A stretch of 64,000 nucleotides of DNA from an uncultured bacterium (GTDB lineage: Bacteria; Margulisbacteria; WOR-1; JAKLHX01): positions 15,436-79,435 of the forward strand of contig CAZQZN010000002.1 in NCBI GenBank assembly GCA_964597815.1. The letters are read 5' to 3'. Positions 1 through 11,014 of the stretch are shown here, piece after piece; the first letter of the stretch is position 1; every line of letters begins with the position of its first letter. The position numbers and the translations under genes are program-made. The notes beneath the pieces were generated by a model that was not told where the DNA came from, did not search any database, and saw only the letters and a list, made by a program, of their open reading frames with translations.

Positions 1-16
1 AAAAACAAACAATATA

Positions 17-955
17 ATGCCTGTATTCGCAACAAACGCACTCCAAAAGAAAGAGAATTTTAATCCTCTGGAAAATATCATTGCTTTTTTTGGATTTGGC
101 GGAGAACATCAGTTAAAACTTTCTCATTTTGCAAAACGTACAGTGTCCCAATTCTTGAAGATGTATGACGGAACTGCCGCAATTAATGGGAGTTTTTTCT
201 TCGCTGATGGAACACCTGTTGGCACATTAATAATAAAAAGACAAATAATTTCCTCGCCTCTTTATAACAGAACTTCGTTAATTATCAATTCAGATGGTAG
301 TGCTTATATCGCACCTGTAAAAATGCGTGGTTACATAAAACTTAAAAACGGAGAAAAAATTGATATCGCTGGAATAAACCAACCCATAAAAAACAACATT
401 ATAATCTACACCCCAGATTATCAAAAAACAGGATATGATAAAAACTCAATAAATATAGTTGTCGAAAACCAAGTTGTCAAATCAATAAGTTATTCTGAAA
501 CTTCAATCCCTCAAAACGGATTTGTGATCTCTGCCCCACTAAGCAAAAAACAATTTTTAGAATCAAAAATTAAAATTTCAGATACAGTCCAATGGTATTT
601 TATGACAAATCCCCCCCTTTCCAATATGATGCATATAATCAGCGGCGGACCACGGCTCTTATATGATGGAAAGTCTTGTATCACAGCAAAGGAAGAAAAT
701 TTCAAATCTGATGTTGCAAAAAGCAGAGCAAACAGAACTGCTGTTGGAATTAAAAAAAACGGAGATGTTATTTTACTTACAGTGGAAAAAGCAACTTTGA
801 AAGAGTTGGCGCGCCTTTTGCTTAAAGTTGGTGCTTATAACGCAATGAATTTAGATGGAGGAGGTTCAAGCTCTATGGTTGTAAAAAACTCCAGAATTTT
901 TGGGGGCAACAGGCCAGTCAGCAATGCTTTGGTAATAAATCCAAAATCCTTTTAA
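17..955 (+). CDS. Phosphodiester glycosidase family (NAGPA/DUF2233-like) protein; frame is open to the window edge, so probably 5'-truncated
   Basis: AAINGSFF, ISGGPRLL, RTAVGI and AMNLDGGGSSSM motifs; no in-frame stop between position 2 and the ATG at 17. Confidence 0.8.
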   Translation: MPVFATNALQKKENFNPLENIIAFFGFGGEHQLKLSHFAKRTVSQFLKMYDGTAAINGSFFFADGTPVGTLIIKRQIISSPLYNRTSLIINSDGSAYIAPVKMRGYIKLKNGEKIDIAGINQPIKNNIIIYTPDYQKTGYDKNSINIVVENQVVKSISYSETSIPQNGFVISAPLSKKQFLESKIKISDTVQWYFMTNPPLSNMMHIISGGPRLLYDGKSCITAKEENFKSDVAKSRANRTAVGIKKNGDVILLTVEKATLKELARLLLKVGAYNAMNLDGGGSSSMVVKNSRIFGGNRPVSNALVINPKSF

Positions 956-1368
956 ATTTTTGAGTTTGTTATGGAATCAATTTTCCATTGACCACCTTCT
1001 AAAATCATAAAGAATTTTTTAAAAACAACATTACTTTTACCAGCCCACTTAACAGTTATTATCGCTGTTTTGTCATCTTTTTTTACTTTAATTATTTCAA
1101 AACCTTTTTCAGGAAGAAAATTTGATCGTAAAAAAGTGGCAATATCGCCTAAACTTTTTATTTTTTTCTGAGAATTTTTTGAAATTTTTGAATACACAAA
1201 ATCAATGGCTTCTTTTTTTAAATCTGGTGGAGCAACTTTAAATAATTGGTTTGTAAAGTTTTTTACTACTTCTTCGGGAGAATCTGATTTATTTGTGGCT
1301 TGTTTTAAGAAAAATGCCACTAAAATCAATAGTAATAAAACAAAAAAAATGATTTTTCTATTTAACAT
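952..1368 (-). CDS. Membrane-anchored exported protein, NTF2-like (DUF4878-like)
   Basis: N-terminal hydrophobic helix; SPEEVVKNF...GGQWKID pattern. Confidence 0.5.
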   Translation of the reverse strand: MLNRKIIFFVLLLLILVAFFLKQATNKSDSPEEVVKNFTNQLFKVAPPDLKKEAIDFVYSKISKNSQKKIKSLGDIATFLRSNFLPEKGFEIIKVKKDDKTAIITVKWAGKSNVVFKKFFMILEGGQWKIDSITNSKI

Positions 1369-2308
1369 TTGTAAAAATATCCTTTGCCTTCACCCTGTAA
1401 CCATTTGCAAAACTGATCGCACTCATTGGCTTTGAATTTTCCGGTTGGATTTCTCTTATTAAAACTGATCCATCTTTTGTTTTAATAATTATACCCATAT
1501 CTTTGTCAATTGCAATTATTTCTCCCTCAATAGCATCTTTATTATCAAGCAAAGAAATTTCAGCTGACAAAATCTTTACTCTTTTATCCTTATATTTTAA
1601 ATAAACACCCGGCCAAGGAGTAAAAGCCCTGACAAAGTTGATAAATTTTTCTTTTCCAATAGATTTTATATCTAAAAAACCATCTTCTTTTTTTATTGTT
1701 GCACAATAACTTGCGAAAGAATCATCTTGGGGATGAAGCTTTATATTGCCATTTTCAATATCATCAATGGTTTGCAGTAAAAAAGAAGAACTTTCAATAA
1801 AAAGTCTTTCAGAGAGCTGTTGAGAATTTTCTCTTTCAAAAATCGGTACTTTTTTTTGAGAAATTATTTCTCCTGCATCTAATTTTTCATTCATCTTTAT
1901 TATTGTTATCCCGGTTTCTTTGTCTCCATTTAAAAGAGCGGATTGAATCGGACTCGCTCCCCTATACTTTGGCAAAAGAGAAAAATGAACATTTAAGCAG
2001 AAATATTTTGGGATTTCCAAAAATTCTTTCGGCAAAATCTTTCCAAAAGCAACCACAACTATTATGTCAGGAGATAATTTTTTAATCGCTGAAAGAATTC
2101 TCTCGTCTTTTAATGTTTGAATTTTATAAACAGGCAAACCTAATTCTTCTGCTGTTTCACAAACCTCTGACTTTGCCATTTTTTGGCCTCTTCCAGACGG
2201 CTTATCAATTGTTGTGACAACTGCTAAAATCTCATGTTTTTTTGAATCAAATATTTTTTTGAGTAAAAATGCGGCTCCAGCAGGAGTCCCCATAAAAACC
2301 AATTTCAT
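1358..2308 (-). CDS. fmt: Methionyl-tRNA formyltransferase
   Basis: FMGTP, NVHFSLLPKYRGASPIQ, LDAG. Confidence 0.97.
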   Translation of the reverse strand: MKLVFMGTPAGAAFLLKKIFDSKKHEILAVVTTIDKPSGRGQKMAKSEVCETAEELGLPVYKIQTLKDERILSAIKKLSPDIIVVVAFGKILPKEFLEIPKYFCLNVHFSLLPKYRGASPIQSALLNGDKETGITIIKMNEKLDAGEIISQKKVPIFERENSQQLSERLFIESSSFLLQTIDDIENGNIKLHPQDDSFASYCATIKKEDGFLDIKSIGKEKFINFVRAFTPWPGVYLKYKDKRVKILSAEISLLDNKDAIEGEIIAIDKDMGIIIKTKDGSVLIREIQPENSKPMSAISFANGYRVKAKDIFTNVK

Positions 2309-2787
2309 AAATCAATGTTTTCTTTCTTTTTGATTACAATTTGTGATGGATCAGTCACTTTTTCAACAAAAAGAATACCATCTAAATGGTCTATTTCGTG
2401 TTGAAAAACAATAGCTAAAAGGTCTTCTGCATTTATTAAAACTTTTTTGCCTGTTTTATCAATAGCTTGCACAACAATTTCTTTTGCTCTTTCAACAGGT
2501 GCCTCTACGCCGGGAACACTTAAACATCCCTCTGTGCAAACTATTTTCCCGGATTTTTTTATAATTTTTGGGTTTATCAACATAAATTTCTGATCTCCAA
2601 CTTTTATAACAATCAACCTTTCTGAAACACCAACCTGAGGCGCTGCCAGCCCAATTCCCGGAGCAGCAAGCATCGTTTCATACATATCTTCAAGTAGTTT
2701 TAAATGAGCTTTAGTAATTTTTTTAACTGGTTTAGCTTTTTTCTTTAATATAGGATTCCCCTGAACATATATTTTTAGTTTTGCCAT
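2305..2787 (-). CDS. def: Peptide deformylase (likely start ATG 2787, after GGAGG)
   Basis: GIGLAAPQVG, EGCLSVP, QHEIDH. Confidence 0.97.
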   Translation of the reverse strand: MAKLKIYVQGNPILKKKAKPVKKITKAHLKLLEDMYETMLAAPGIGLAAPQVGVSERLIVIKVGDQKFMLINPKIIKKSGKIVCTEGCLSVPGVEAPVERAKEIVVQAIDKTGKKVLINAEDLLAIVFQHEIDHLDGILFVEKVTDPSQIVIKKKENIDL

Positions 2788-2798
2788 TATTTCCTCCA

Positions 2799-4757
2799 TT
2801 AATCTATCGGATCAACATCAACAACAATTTTTGTTTTGGCTTTTGCATAAGCGGACAAAAATTCGTTAATTTCTTGTTTTATCATACCTAAATCATTGCC
2901 TTTTAGCAATATATGCCAAATACTATCACCTTTCTTTCTTCGATTATCCAAAACAGGACCTAAAATTTTTATGTTCTGATGCTTTTTCAAAAGCCCCATA
3001 AAATCTTGAATTGTTTTTTCAAAATCAGAAAAATTGTTTGCAAAAAAGCTAATTTTTATAACTTTTGAAAACGGGGGGTCAAAAAATCTTTTTCTAAATT
3101 CAAGTTCTTTTTCATAAAATCTCTCTGCATCTAATTCTTTGACAAATTTGAAAATATAATGGTTTGGATTGTATGTTTGGACTAAAATTTCTGACGAAGT
3201 TCTTTTTGATAAAGAATAAATACTCCTAAATACTTCTTCGCTTACAGTCATTGATCCTCCCTGCAGCAATACATCCAAATTAATAAAAACTATTAGATCA
3301 AAATTGATAAACTCAGTAGCTTTTTCAGCAAAAAGCGTCCCAACAACGACATTAAAATCTTTTTTTTGAATTTCGTTTTTTAGCGCCAAACCAATTGTGG
3401 AACGTTTTATCGAATCCCGGTCAATTCTTAAAACCTTAGCAAGCTTGAAAATTCTTCTTATTTCTGCGTCAACCTTTTGCGCACCAAAACCCGAAAATTT
3501 TATTCTGCTACTGAAACAATTTGAACAAACAAGATGAGTGGGAAGTTCGTTGTTGCATCTTAAACAAACAACTTTTTTTCTATCCATTGAATATGCCAAA
3601 GGCAATGAACAATTTGGACAGAGGAGAATATGCCCACATTCAACGCATTTTAAAATTGTTGAGTGAGCTCTTTTAGCAGTAATTAAAAGAATTTTGCCTT
3701 TTTTTGCAATGATATCGTTTATTCTATCAAGTGCCTCAGAACTAAAAAAACCACTTTCAAACTTTTTTTCATTTGCCATATCTATTATCTTTGGATAATT
3801 TTTTATGTTTGAATCCATTCTTAGATCTATGAAATTATATTCCCTGTTAACTGTTCTATAATAAGAATCAACTGTTGGAAATGTTGAAGATAAAACAACT
3901 GGAATATTTTTGCACTTTCCTAAATAAAAAGCAACATCTTTAATATTATATTTTGGACTTGTCTCTTGTTTATAGGCATATCCTTCTTCTCTATCAATTA
4001 TTATCATTCCTAAATTTTTAGCGGGGGCAAATATTGCTGAACGAGTTCCTAAAATTATTTTTGCCTTTCCTGAATAAGCATTTAACCACCCATTCATTCT
4101 TTCTTTTTCTTTCATAAAACTATGAATGACCACAACACTATCTCCAAATTTCGCTCTAAAAATGTCTGCGGTTGGATTCAAATATTCTAAATCTGGATAA
4201 AGCAAAATCAATGATTTATCAAGTTTTAAAAGTGCTGAGGCAACTTTTATATACTCATCCAGAAGTTGTTTCCCTTCAGCATTAAAAATCAGATTTTTTG
4301 AAAATTCTTCTCTCATAAGTATCTTCTTTAATTCCGGGAGCAAATCCTCATCATAGTTAAAAAGAATTTTTTCACCTTCATAGTTATCAAAATTAGGACA
4401 AAAATATGTTTTGGAATTTAGTTTTTCATAAGGAGCAATTAAAGGAGGTAAAATAATTTTTAGTGCTGAACCAATAAAAGAAATATAATATTTTGAAAGC
4501 CAAATTGCGATCTTTGCATAACATTCAAAAAAGTATGGACAATCTCCTCTTATTTCTTCAATATCTTTTATATTGTCAACATTATCACAAGCGCTTTCAG
4601 AAAGAGACATAATATATCCAATTGTCTTTCTCTTACCAAAAGGGACAACAACCTGCATTCCAATTTTTGCTTTTGCAAGCATTTGTTGAGGGATATTATA
4701 AACGAATAATTTGTTGAAAAAAAAAGAATTTTTGGGGAATGCTACAAAGGCAAACAT
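2799..4757 (-). CDS. priA: Primosomal protein N' (PriA) with degenerate helicase motifs
   Basis: N-terminal VVVPFGKR, GTRSAIFAP, four CxxC pairs, VQTYNPNH; position in coaBC-priA-def-fmt. Confidence 0.88.
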   Translation of the reverse strand: MFAFVAFPKNSFFFNKLFVYNIPQQMLAKAKIGMQVVVPFGKRKTIGYIMSLSESACDNVDNIKDIEEIRGDCPYFFECYAKIAIWLSKYYISFIGSALKIILPPLIAPYEKLNSKTYFCPNFDNYEGEKILFNYDEDLLPELKKILMREEFSKNLIFNAEGKQLLDEYIKVASALLKLDKSLILLYPDLEYLNPTADIFRAKFGDSVVVIHSFMKEKERMNGWLNAYSGKAKIILGTRSAIFAPAKNLGMIIIDREEGYAYKQETSPKYNIKDVAFYLGKCKNIPVVLSSTFPTVDSYYRTVNREYNFIDLRMDSNIKNYPKIIDMANEKKFESGFFSSEALDRINDIIAKKGKILLITAKRAHSTILKCVECGHILLCPNCSLPLAYSMDRKKVVCLRCNNELPTHLVCSNCFSSRIKFSGFGAQKVDAEIRRIFKLAKVLRIDRDSIKRSTIGLALKNEIQKKDFNVVVGTLFAEKATEFINFDLIVFINLDVLLQGGSMTVSEEVFRSIYSLSKRTSSEILVQTYNPNHYIFKFVKELDAERFYEKELEFRKRFFDPPFSKVIKISFFANNFSDFEKTIQDFMGLLKKHQNIKILGPVLDNRRKKGDSIWHILLKGNDLGMIKQEINEFLSAYAKAKTKIVVDVDPID

Positions 4758-4764
4758 TGTTTTG

Positions 4765-5967
4765 TCAACTCATTTCAATTAACAGATCAAGCAACTTATT
4801 CGCAGTTTCAAATTTACTCTGAAATGGAAGGTCAATAATTCTCCCGTCTTTGAGAAAAATTTTTGCCTTTGAAGAATCATTTTCAAACGCTCTAATATCA
4901 TTCAAAACTATCATATCAAGACCTTTTTCTTTTAATTTTTTAAGAGCATTTTTGTCCATGTCTTCAGTTTCAACGCAAAATCCAACAATTTTTTTGCCAT
5001 TATATTGTCCTTGGATAGATTTTAATATGTCATTAGTTGGTTCCAGTTCCAATACAAATGATTTTGAACCTCTCTTTATTTTTTTGTCAGAAAAATTTTT
5101 TACTTTATAATCAGACACAGCAGCAGCCATGATCAAAACATCATAATCGCTCAAATTATTTTTTATTTCTTTTTCCATTTGAGAAGCACTTTCAACATAT
5201 TCAATCTCAATCCCCAACGGCAGATATTCAAAAAGGTTTTTATTAGCTGAAATAACTTTAACTTTTGCACCTCTTCTATGAGCAGCCAATGCAATTTGAT
5301 ATCCCATTTTGCCGGAGGATTTATTGCCAATAAATCTTACTGGGTCGATACTTTCTCTTGTACCACCAGCAGTTACAAGTATTTTTTTGCCTCTTAGGCT
5401 CATTGATTGACTGATTGATTTTTCAACATAAGAAACTATTTCCTCAACAGAAGCCATTTTGCCTTTGCCTAGACTCCCGCAGGCGAGATCTCCTTCAATT
5501 GGTTCAACAAAAATAATGCCAAAAGATCTCAATTTTTTTATATTTTCTTGTACAAGAGGGTTTTCCCACATTTTGGTATTCATAGCTGGAGCAAAAATTT
5601 TTTGAGCTTGACACGATAACAATAGAGTTGTCAATATATCATCAGCTATACCATTTGCTGCTTTTCCTATTAAATTTGCCGTTGCAGGGGCAACTAAGAA
5701 TAAATCAGCACCATCTGAAAGCGAAATATGCGGCAGTGGCATATTGACATCGTTTTGATTAAAAAGCCCTGTTATGCATGGGTTTTGAGAAAGTGTCCTC
5801 ATCGTCAAAGGGGTAATAAATTTTTGGGCAGATTCAGTCATAACTACCCAAACATCAGCTCCCTTCTTTTTTAGGGATCTCACAAGTTCAGCGCTTTTAT
5901 ATGCAGCAATGCAACCAGTTATGCCAAGTATAATTTTTTTTCCATGGAGAGTTGGACTTGAGTCCAT
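4765..5967 (-). CDS. coaBC: Bifunctional phosphopantothenoylcysteine decarboxylase/ligase
   Basis: GITGCIAAYK, APATAN, PAMNTKM, TAGGTRESIDPVRFIGNKSSGKMG. Confidence 0.96.
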   Translation of the reverse strand: MDSSPTLHGKKIILGITGCIAAYKSAELVRSLKKKGADVWVVMTESAQKFITPLTMRTLSQNPCITGLFNQNDVNMPLPHISLSDGADLFLVAPATANLIGKAANGIADDILTTLLLSCQAQKIFAPAMNTKMWENPLVQENIKKLRSFGIIFVEPIEGDLACGSLGKGKMASVEEIVSYVEKSISQSMSLRGKKILVTAGGTRESIDPVRFIGNKSSGKMGYQIALAAHRRGAKVKVISANKNLFEYLPLGIEIEYVESASQMEKEIKNNLSDYDVLIMAAAVSDYKVKNFSDKKIKRGSKSFVLELEPTNDILKSIQGQYNGKKIVGFCVETEDMDKNALKKLKEKGLDMIVLNDIRAFENDSSKAKIFLKDGRIIDLPFQSKFETANKLLDLLIEMS

Positions 5968-5976
5968 GTGACACCA

Positions 5977-6300
5977 TTATTTTTTCTTGCTTGAGGATTT
6001 TGACTTTTTAGGTTTTTTCTTTTCTTCTTTTTCTAAACTAATTGTCTCTCTGGTAGTCCAAAATTCTTCAATATCCTTGGTTTTTTCCTGCTTTTTGGGC
6101 GGTCCTTCCAAAATTTTGTAGGTTATTTTGCCTTCTTTAAGTTCTTCCATAGCAACTTTTATCGGTTGAGAGAGATCTGCATTTTCAATGTAAGGCAAAG
6201 AGCCATTGCTGATTTCTTTTGCTCTTTCAGCAATAACATTAGCAAGCAAAAATCTGTTGTTTATTCTTTTTAAAAGTTCATCTATTGTTGGGTAGGTCAA
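5977..6300 (-). CDS. rpoZ: RNA polymerase omega subunit with Lys-rich C-terminal tail
   Basis: MTYPTIDELL..NRFLLANVIAERA; located between gmk and coaBC. Confidence 0.88.
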   Translation of the reverse strand: MTYPTIDELLKRINNRFLLANVIAERAKEISNGSLPYIENADLSQPIKVAMEELKEGKITYKILEGPPKKQEKTKDIEEFWTTRETISLEKEEKKKPKKSKSSSKKK

Positions 6301-6926
6301 TTTAGAAATGTCCTTTCTTTTTCTACTTTTATTATAGCATTAATTTTTTCCGCCGCGGATTCAACCTTGTCGTTTACAACAATATAGTCGTATTTTTCCA
6401 TAACTTGAAGTTCTGATATGGCATTTTTTAATCTTTGCTCCATTTCATCTTTTTTTTCTGTTTTCCTTCTTCTCAATCTAAAAGCCAATATATCCACCGA
6501 TGGCGGGATTAAAAAAATAAAAACAGCGTTTGTTGAATCTATTAAACCTTTTGAGATATTTTCTTTTATTGTTGCCGCTCCTTGAACATCAACTTCAAGA
6601 ATTACAACATCCCCTTTGCATAAATGGTCCCTGACAAACTTTATCGGAGTGCCATAGTAAGAGTTGTGAACATTTGCCCACTCCAAAAATTCCCTGTTTC
6701 TGATTTTTTCATAAAATTCATTTTCAGAAATAAAAAAGTAATCTCTGCCCTCTTTTTCATTAGACCTTTTTTTGCGCGTAGTAAAAGATATTGACAATTT
6801 ATAAGATGGATTATTTCTCAAAAGTTCTTTAACAACGGTGCTCTTACCAACCCCACTTGGCCCAGATATAACAACAAGAAGCCCTTTCCCTTTGTTTTTT
6901 AGCGACTTATTTTTTTTGCCTTTCAA
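6297..6926 (-). CDS. gmk: Guanylate kinase (TTG start)
   Basis: SGPSGVGKS, TTRKKR, EWANVH..YYGT. Confidence 0.96.
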   Translation of the reverse strand: MKGKKNKSLKNKGKGLLVVISGPSGVGKSTVVKELLRNNPSYKLSISFTTRKKRSNEKEGRDYFFISENEFYEKIRNREFLEWANVHNSYYGTPIKFVRDHLCKGDVVILEVDVQGAATIKENISKGLIDSTNAVFIFLIPPSVDILAFRLRRRKTEKKDEMEQRLKNAISELQVMEKYDYIVVNDKVESAAEKINAIIKVEKERTFLN

Positions 6927-6965
6927 TGTAATTATATTATAACATTCAGTTGATAAACGAATATT

Positions 6966-8105
6966 TTATCTTGTGAAAATCAATGCTTTTGAAGTAAATG
7001 ACGGATCAGACACATCTCCTTTAAAAAGTTCAACTTTTATTTTTCTTGTATCTATCATTTTAACAATCAAAGTATAAAATATCGTAGGATCTATTGTGCG
7101 GCCAAAAAATTCTTGGCCATCTTCTGCCATTCGCAATTTATAAGTTGCTGTTCCAGACGTTGGCGTAACCGAAGTAAAATCAGGTCCACTTATCGGACAA
7201 GTCAATTTCCCATTTGCTTCTCCAATTGTTTGAATAAGAGTATTGCCAATACTAATCCTTCTATAATCTGGATCATACATATCAAAACAGAAAGAAAGCC
7301 AAGGGTTCCAAAAATCTTTGTTAACAGGATCTGATCCTTCAACAATCCAATTGCCTTGTATAGTTCCATCAACATCAAAATCAAATCGCCCACCCCTTGG
7401 ATCCTTAGTCCTTTTCACAAATTTGTATAAATAATCCTTTAAATCAGATCTAAAATAATCTAGCGGGAAAACAGAATAGATACTATAAGGGCCATACAAC
7501 GATTTGTCAATGTATTTAGACGGCAATGTTCTATCATACAAATACCATCCAAGACCAGCAATATCAATTCCTGTCTTTGCAATAACATCTCCTGCTTCAA
7601 TAGTAACATAGACAGAATTTTCTCCAACTACTAGAGGCGAAGAAAGTTTTGATAAAATTTTTGGATCAACATTAGATAAATGGTCAAAAATAGTAACAAA
7701 ATCATTTGTGTGATATATTGTAAAAGCATAATCTTCGCTTGAAAATCCTGCTGAGGTATTATTTGAAAGACGAATTTTTGTGATAACCCCCTTGGCCGGG
7801 GATCTTACATCTTGTGGCTCTGATGTCATCAAAAGCTGATTAAATTGAAAACCACCCGCTGATGTTGGAATCGGATGTTGCGGTGGCATAATATGCCCCA
7901 AAGGAGTAAATTCATCCCAATACTGCGTATCAATTGGAATTTCGGTAAACTCGACAGTTCCACTACCAAGCTCTGGATGTTCTTCCCAAATCCAAACATT
8001 TGTACCAGAGCCGTTTTGAGTTTGACCACATCCAAAATTAAAGAAAAAAGCACATCCTATAACTGTAATAAAAATTACCATAAGATAAAAAAAGTTTTTT
8101 TTCAT
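6966..8105 (-). CDS. Putative lipoprotein with M23-peptidase-like segment (likely start ATG 8105)
   Basis: Signal peptide ending FNFGC; VRSPAKGVI, IFDHL and EAGDVIAKTG resemble M23 barrel elements; SD AAGGGG upstream. Confidence 0.5.
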   Translation of the reverse strand: MKKNFFYLMVIFITVIGCAFFFNFGCGQTQNGSGTNVWIWEEHPELGSGTVEFTEIPIDTQYWDEFTPLGHIMPPQHPIPTSAGGFQFNQLLMTSEPQDVRSPAKGVITKIRLSNNTSAGFSSEDYAFTIYHTNDFVTIFDHLSNVDPKILSKLSSPLVVGENSVYVTIEAGDVIAKTGIDIAGLGWYLYDRTLPSKYIDKSLYGPYSIYSVFPLDYFRSDLKDYLYKFVKRTKDPRGGRFDFDVDGTIQGNWIVEGSDPVNKDFWNPWLSFCFDMYDPDYRRISIGNTLIQTIGEANGKLTCPISGPDFTSVTPTSGTATYKLRMAEDGQEFFGRTIDPTIFYTLIVKMIDTRKIKVELFKGDVSDPSFTSKALIFTR

Positions 8106-8166
8106 TGATTTGCCCCTTTTTACGATTAAAATCAAATAGATTATAACATGCTAAAATAAAAAATGA

Positions 8167-9195
8167 ATGATACTTTTAGCAATCGAAACTTCCTGTGATG
8201 AGACATCTGCTTCCATAATAAAAGATGGATTCAATGTCTTGTCCAATATAACTGCAACACAAAACGAGTTCCATGAAAAATATGGCGGAATTGTTCCCGA
8301 AATAGCTTCAAGAAAACATATCGAGACAATAAATCTTGTAATAAAAGAAGCAATAGAAAAAGCATCTGTAAATGAAAAGGAAATCGATGCTATAGCGGTA
8401 ACTTTTGGGCCCGGACTTCCAGGTTCTCTTCTTGTTGGATTATCAAGTGCTAAAGCGATTTCTCTTGCATTAAAAAAACCATTAATTGCTGTAAATCATC
8501 TGGAAGGACATATTTATGCAAATTTTTTGATTCCTGAATTTGAAACTCTTGAAAGGAAAAAAGATTTATTCCCTTTTCTTTGCCTTATAGTTTCAGGCGG
8601 ACACACTCAGCTTGTAAAAGTAAATGATCATCTAAAATATGAAACAATCGGAAGAACAAGAGACGACGCCGCCGGAGAAGCTTTTGACAAAGTTGCAAGA
8701 TTTTTAAATTTGGGTTATCCCGGAGGGCCTATTATAGACAAAATATCCAAAAACTCTGATGAAAACGCGATAGATTTCAAGCGGCCTATGATTGAAGAAG
8801 AATATAAGTATGACTTCAGCTTTAGCGGGATTAAAACAGCAGTTGTTTATTTCTGCAAAAAAATGGAAAAAGGCAAAGAAAAAAAAGTGAACAAAAACGA
8901 TATTGCTGCATCTTTTCAAAAAGCTGTTATTGATACTTTAATAGAAAAAACAACAAAAGCAGCAATTGAATTTGGAATAAAAACTATCGCCATTGGAGGT
9001 GGAGTGGCATCAAATAGTAAATTGAGAGAAGAGATGCAAAAACTATCCTCAAAACTGAACATAAATTGTTTTATTCCACCTGCTTGGCTTTGCACTGACA
9101 ACGCCGCAATGATAGGATGCGCCGCATATCAAAAATACAAACAAAACATTTTTGCCGATCTCTCTTTGGATTTTGATTCAACTGCCCGCATTTGA
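8167..9195 (+). CDS. tsaD: t6A tRNA N6-adenosine threonylcarbamoyltransferase
   Basis: IETSCDET, GGIVPEIASRKH, HLEGH, DDAAGEAFDK, TDNAAMI. Confidence 0.98.
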   Translation: MILLAIETSCDETSASIIKDGFNVLSNITATQNEFHEKYGGIVPEIASRKHIETINLVIKEAIEKASVNEKEIDAIAVTFGPGLPGSLLVGLSSAKAISLALKKPLIAVNHLEGHIYANFLIPEFETLERKKDLFPFLCLIVSGGHTQLVKVNDHLKYETIGRTRDDAAGEAFDKVARFLNLGYPGGPIIDKISKNSDENAIDFKRPMIEEEYKYDFSFSGIKTAVVYFCKKMEKGKEKKVNKNDIAASFQKAVIDTLIEKTTKAAIEFGIKTIAIGGGVASNSKLREEMQKLSSKLNINCFIPPAWLCTDNAAMIGCAAYQKYKQNIFADLSLDFDSTARI

Positions 9196-9240
9196 AATAT
9201 TTTGAAAAAACAAAATTGAACTATTGTATAATAAGAACAA

Positions 9241-9549
9241 ATGGCCATTTCAAAAGAAATTGTTGAATATACTGCAAAACTTGCAAGGCTTGAGTTGTCC
9301 GAAATGGAAAAAGAACTCTATTTCCATCAGCTCAACAACATTCTTGATTTTATAAACGTAATAAATTCCGTCAATGTCAACAACATTTCTCCAACTGCAA
9401 ATACAAGAATTTCTTCATCTGAAAAAGCTTCAACTCCTTTGAGAAAAGATGAGATATGCCCATTTGAAGAAACGCAAAAGATTTTATCACTCGCTCCAAA
9501 ATCAGAAGAAAATATGTTTAAGGTTCCAAAAATTATAGAAGACGACTAA
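9241..9549 (+). CDS. gatC: Asp/Glu-tRNA amidotransferase subunit C
   Basis: [15 protein letters not shown]; first gene of gatCAB. Confidence 0.92.
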   Translation: MAISKEIVEYTAKLARLELSEMEKELYFHQLNNILDFINVINSVNVNNISPTANTRISSSEKASTPLRKDEICPFEETQKILSLAPKSEENMFKVPKIIEDD

Positions 9550-9550
9550 A

Positions 9551-11011
9551 ATGGAAATATTTAATTTAACCGGACATGAATTGTCAGAGAAATTAAAAAG
9601 CAAAAAAATCAGCTGTGTTGAGCTTATTGAATCTATTTTTTCTAGAATTGAGAAAGTAGAGAGCAAAATAGACGCATTTGTTTTTTTGTCAAAAGAACAC
9701 GCATTAAAAAAAGCCAAAGAAATAGACAATTCAGAATCTAAGGGAGGTTTTGCTGGAATACCAATTGCAATAAAAGACAACATCTGCACAAAAGGAATAA
9801 CAACCACTTGTTCATCAAAAATCCTCCAAAACTATGTCCCGCCTTACAATGCAACAGTAGTAGATCTGTTAGAAAAAGAAGGAATGATAATCATAGGCAA
9901 AACTAACTTGGACGAATTTGCTATGGGCTCTTCAACTGAAAATTCTGCTTTCAAGACAACAAAGAATCCTTGGGATACAGAAAGAGTGCCCGGTGGATCT
10001 TCCGGCGGTTCAGCCGCAGCAGTATCTGCTGATGAAGCCACATTGGCACTTGGCTCTGATACTGGTGGATCAATTAGACAACCAGCAGCATTTTGCGGCA
10101 TAGTCGGGCTAAAGCCAACTTATGGAAGAGTTTCAAGGTATGGATTGGTTGCATTTGCTTCATCATTAGATCAAATAGGCCCTCTAACAAAAGATGTAAC
10201 TGATGCAGCAATATTGCTAAGTATTATAGGCAAATACGACAAAAAAGATTCAACAAGTGCTAATATACCTGAAAAAGATTATACAAAATCATTAGTCAAA
10301 AATGTAAAAAATCTAAAAATCGGCGTTCCAAAAGAACTGTTCAGCGAAGGAATAAATGAAGATGTGAAAAGCGCCGTATTTGAAGCGCTAAAAGTTTTTG
10401 AGAAAATGGGTGCAACATTTAAAGAAATCTCTCTGCCCTCGCTAAAATATGCATTGGCAACTTACTATATCATTGCTCCTGCCGAGGCATCCTCAAACCT
10501 ATCAAGATACGACGGGGTGCATTATGGTTTTAGAAGTAAATCAGAAAACAATTTAATAGAGATGTACCTTAAAACTAGAAGCGAAGGATTCGGTCCAGAA
10601 GTAAAAAGAAGAATTATCATAGGTACTTACGCTTTAAGCTCTGGTTATTATGAAGCATATTATTTAAAAGCCCAAAAAATACGGACACTTATAAAAGAAG
10701 ATTTTGATTCAGCGTTCAAACACTTTGATGTAATAATAAGCCCAACAACGCCAACAACTGCTTTCAAAATTAACGAAAAAATTTCCGATCCTCTTTCAAT
10801 GTATTTATCAGACATTGCAACAATCCCTGTAAATCTTGCTGGACTGCCTTCAATATCAATTCCCTGCGGTGTTGATAAAATAGGATTGCCTATTGGTTTA
10901 CAAATTACAGGGAGATCTTTTGACGAAGAAACGATACTTAGAACTGCATTTTCATTCGAACAAGAAACTCAATATAGAAATATCAAACCTAAATTGCAGA
11001 TGGAGAAGTAA
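9551..11011 (+). CDS. gatA: Asp/Glu-tRNA amidotransferase subunit A
   Basis: [34 protein letters not shown]. Confidence 0.98.
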   Translation: MEIFNLTGHELSEKLKSKKISCVELIESIFSRIEKVESKIDAFVFLSKEHALKKAKEIDNSESKGGFAGIPIAIKDNICTKGITTTCSSKILQNYVPPYNATVVDLLEKEGMIIIGKTNLDEFAMGSSTENSAFKTTKNPWDTERVPGGSSGGSAAAVSADEATLALGSDTGGSIRQPAAFCGIVGLKPTYGRVSRYGLVAFASSLDQIGPLTKDVTDAAILLSIIGKYDKKDSTSANIPEKDYTKSLVKNVKNLKIGVPKELFSEGINEDVKSAVFEALKVFEKMGATFKEISLPSLKYALATYYIIAPAEASSNLSRYDGVHYGFRSKSENNLIEMYLKTRSEGFGPEVKRRIIIGTYALSSGYYEAYYLKAQKIRTLIKEDFDSAFKHFDVIISPTTPTTAFKINEKISDPLSMYLSDIATIPVNLAGLPSISIPCGVDKIGLPIGLQITGRSFDEETILRTAFSFEQETQYRNIKPKLQMEK

Positions 11012-11014
11012 AAA

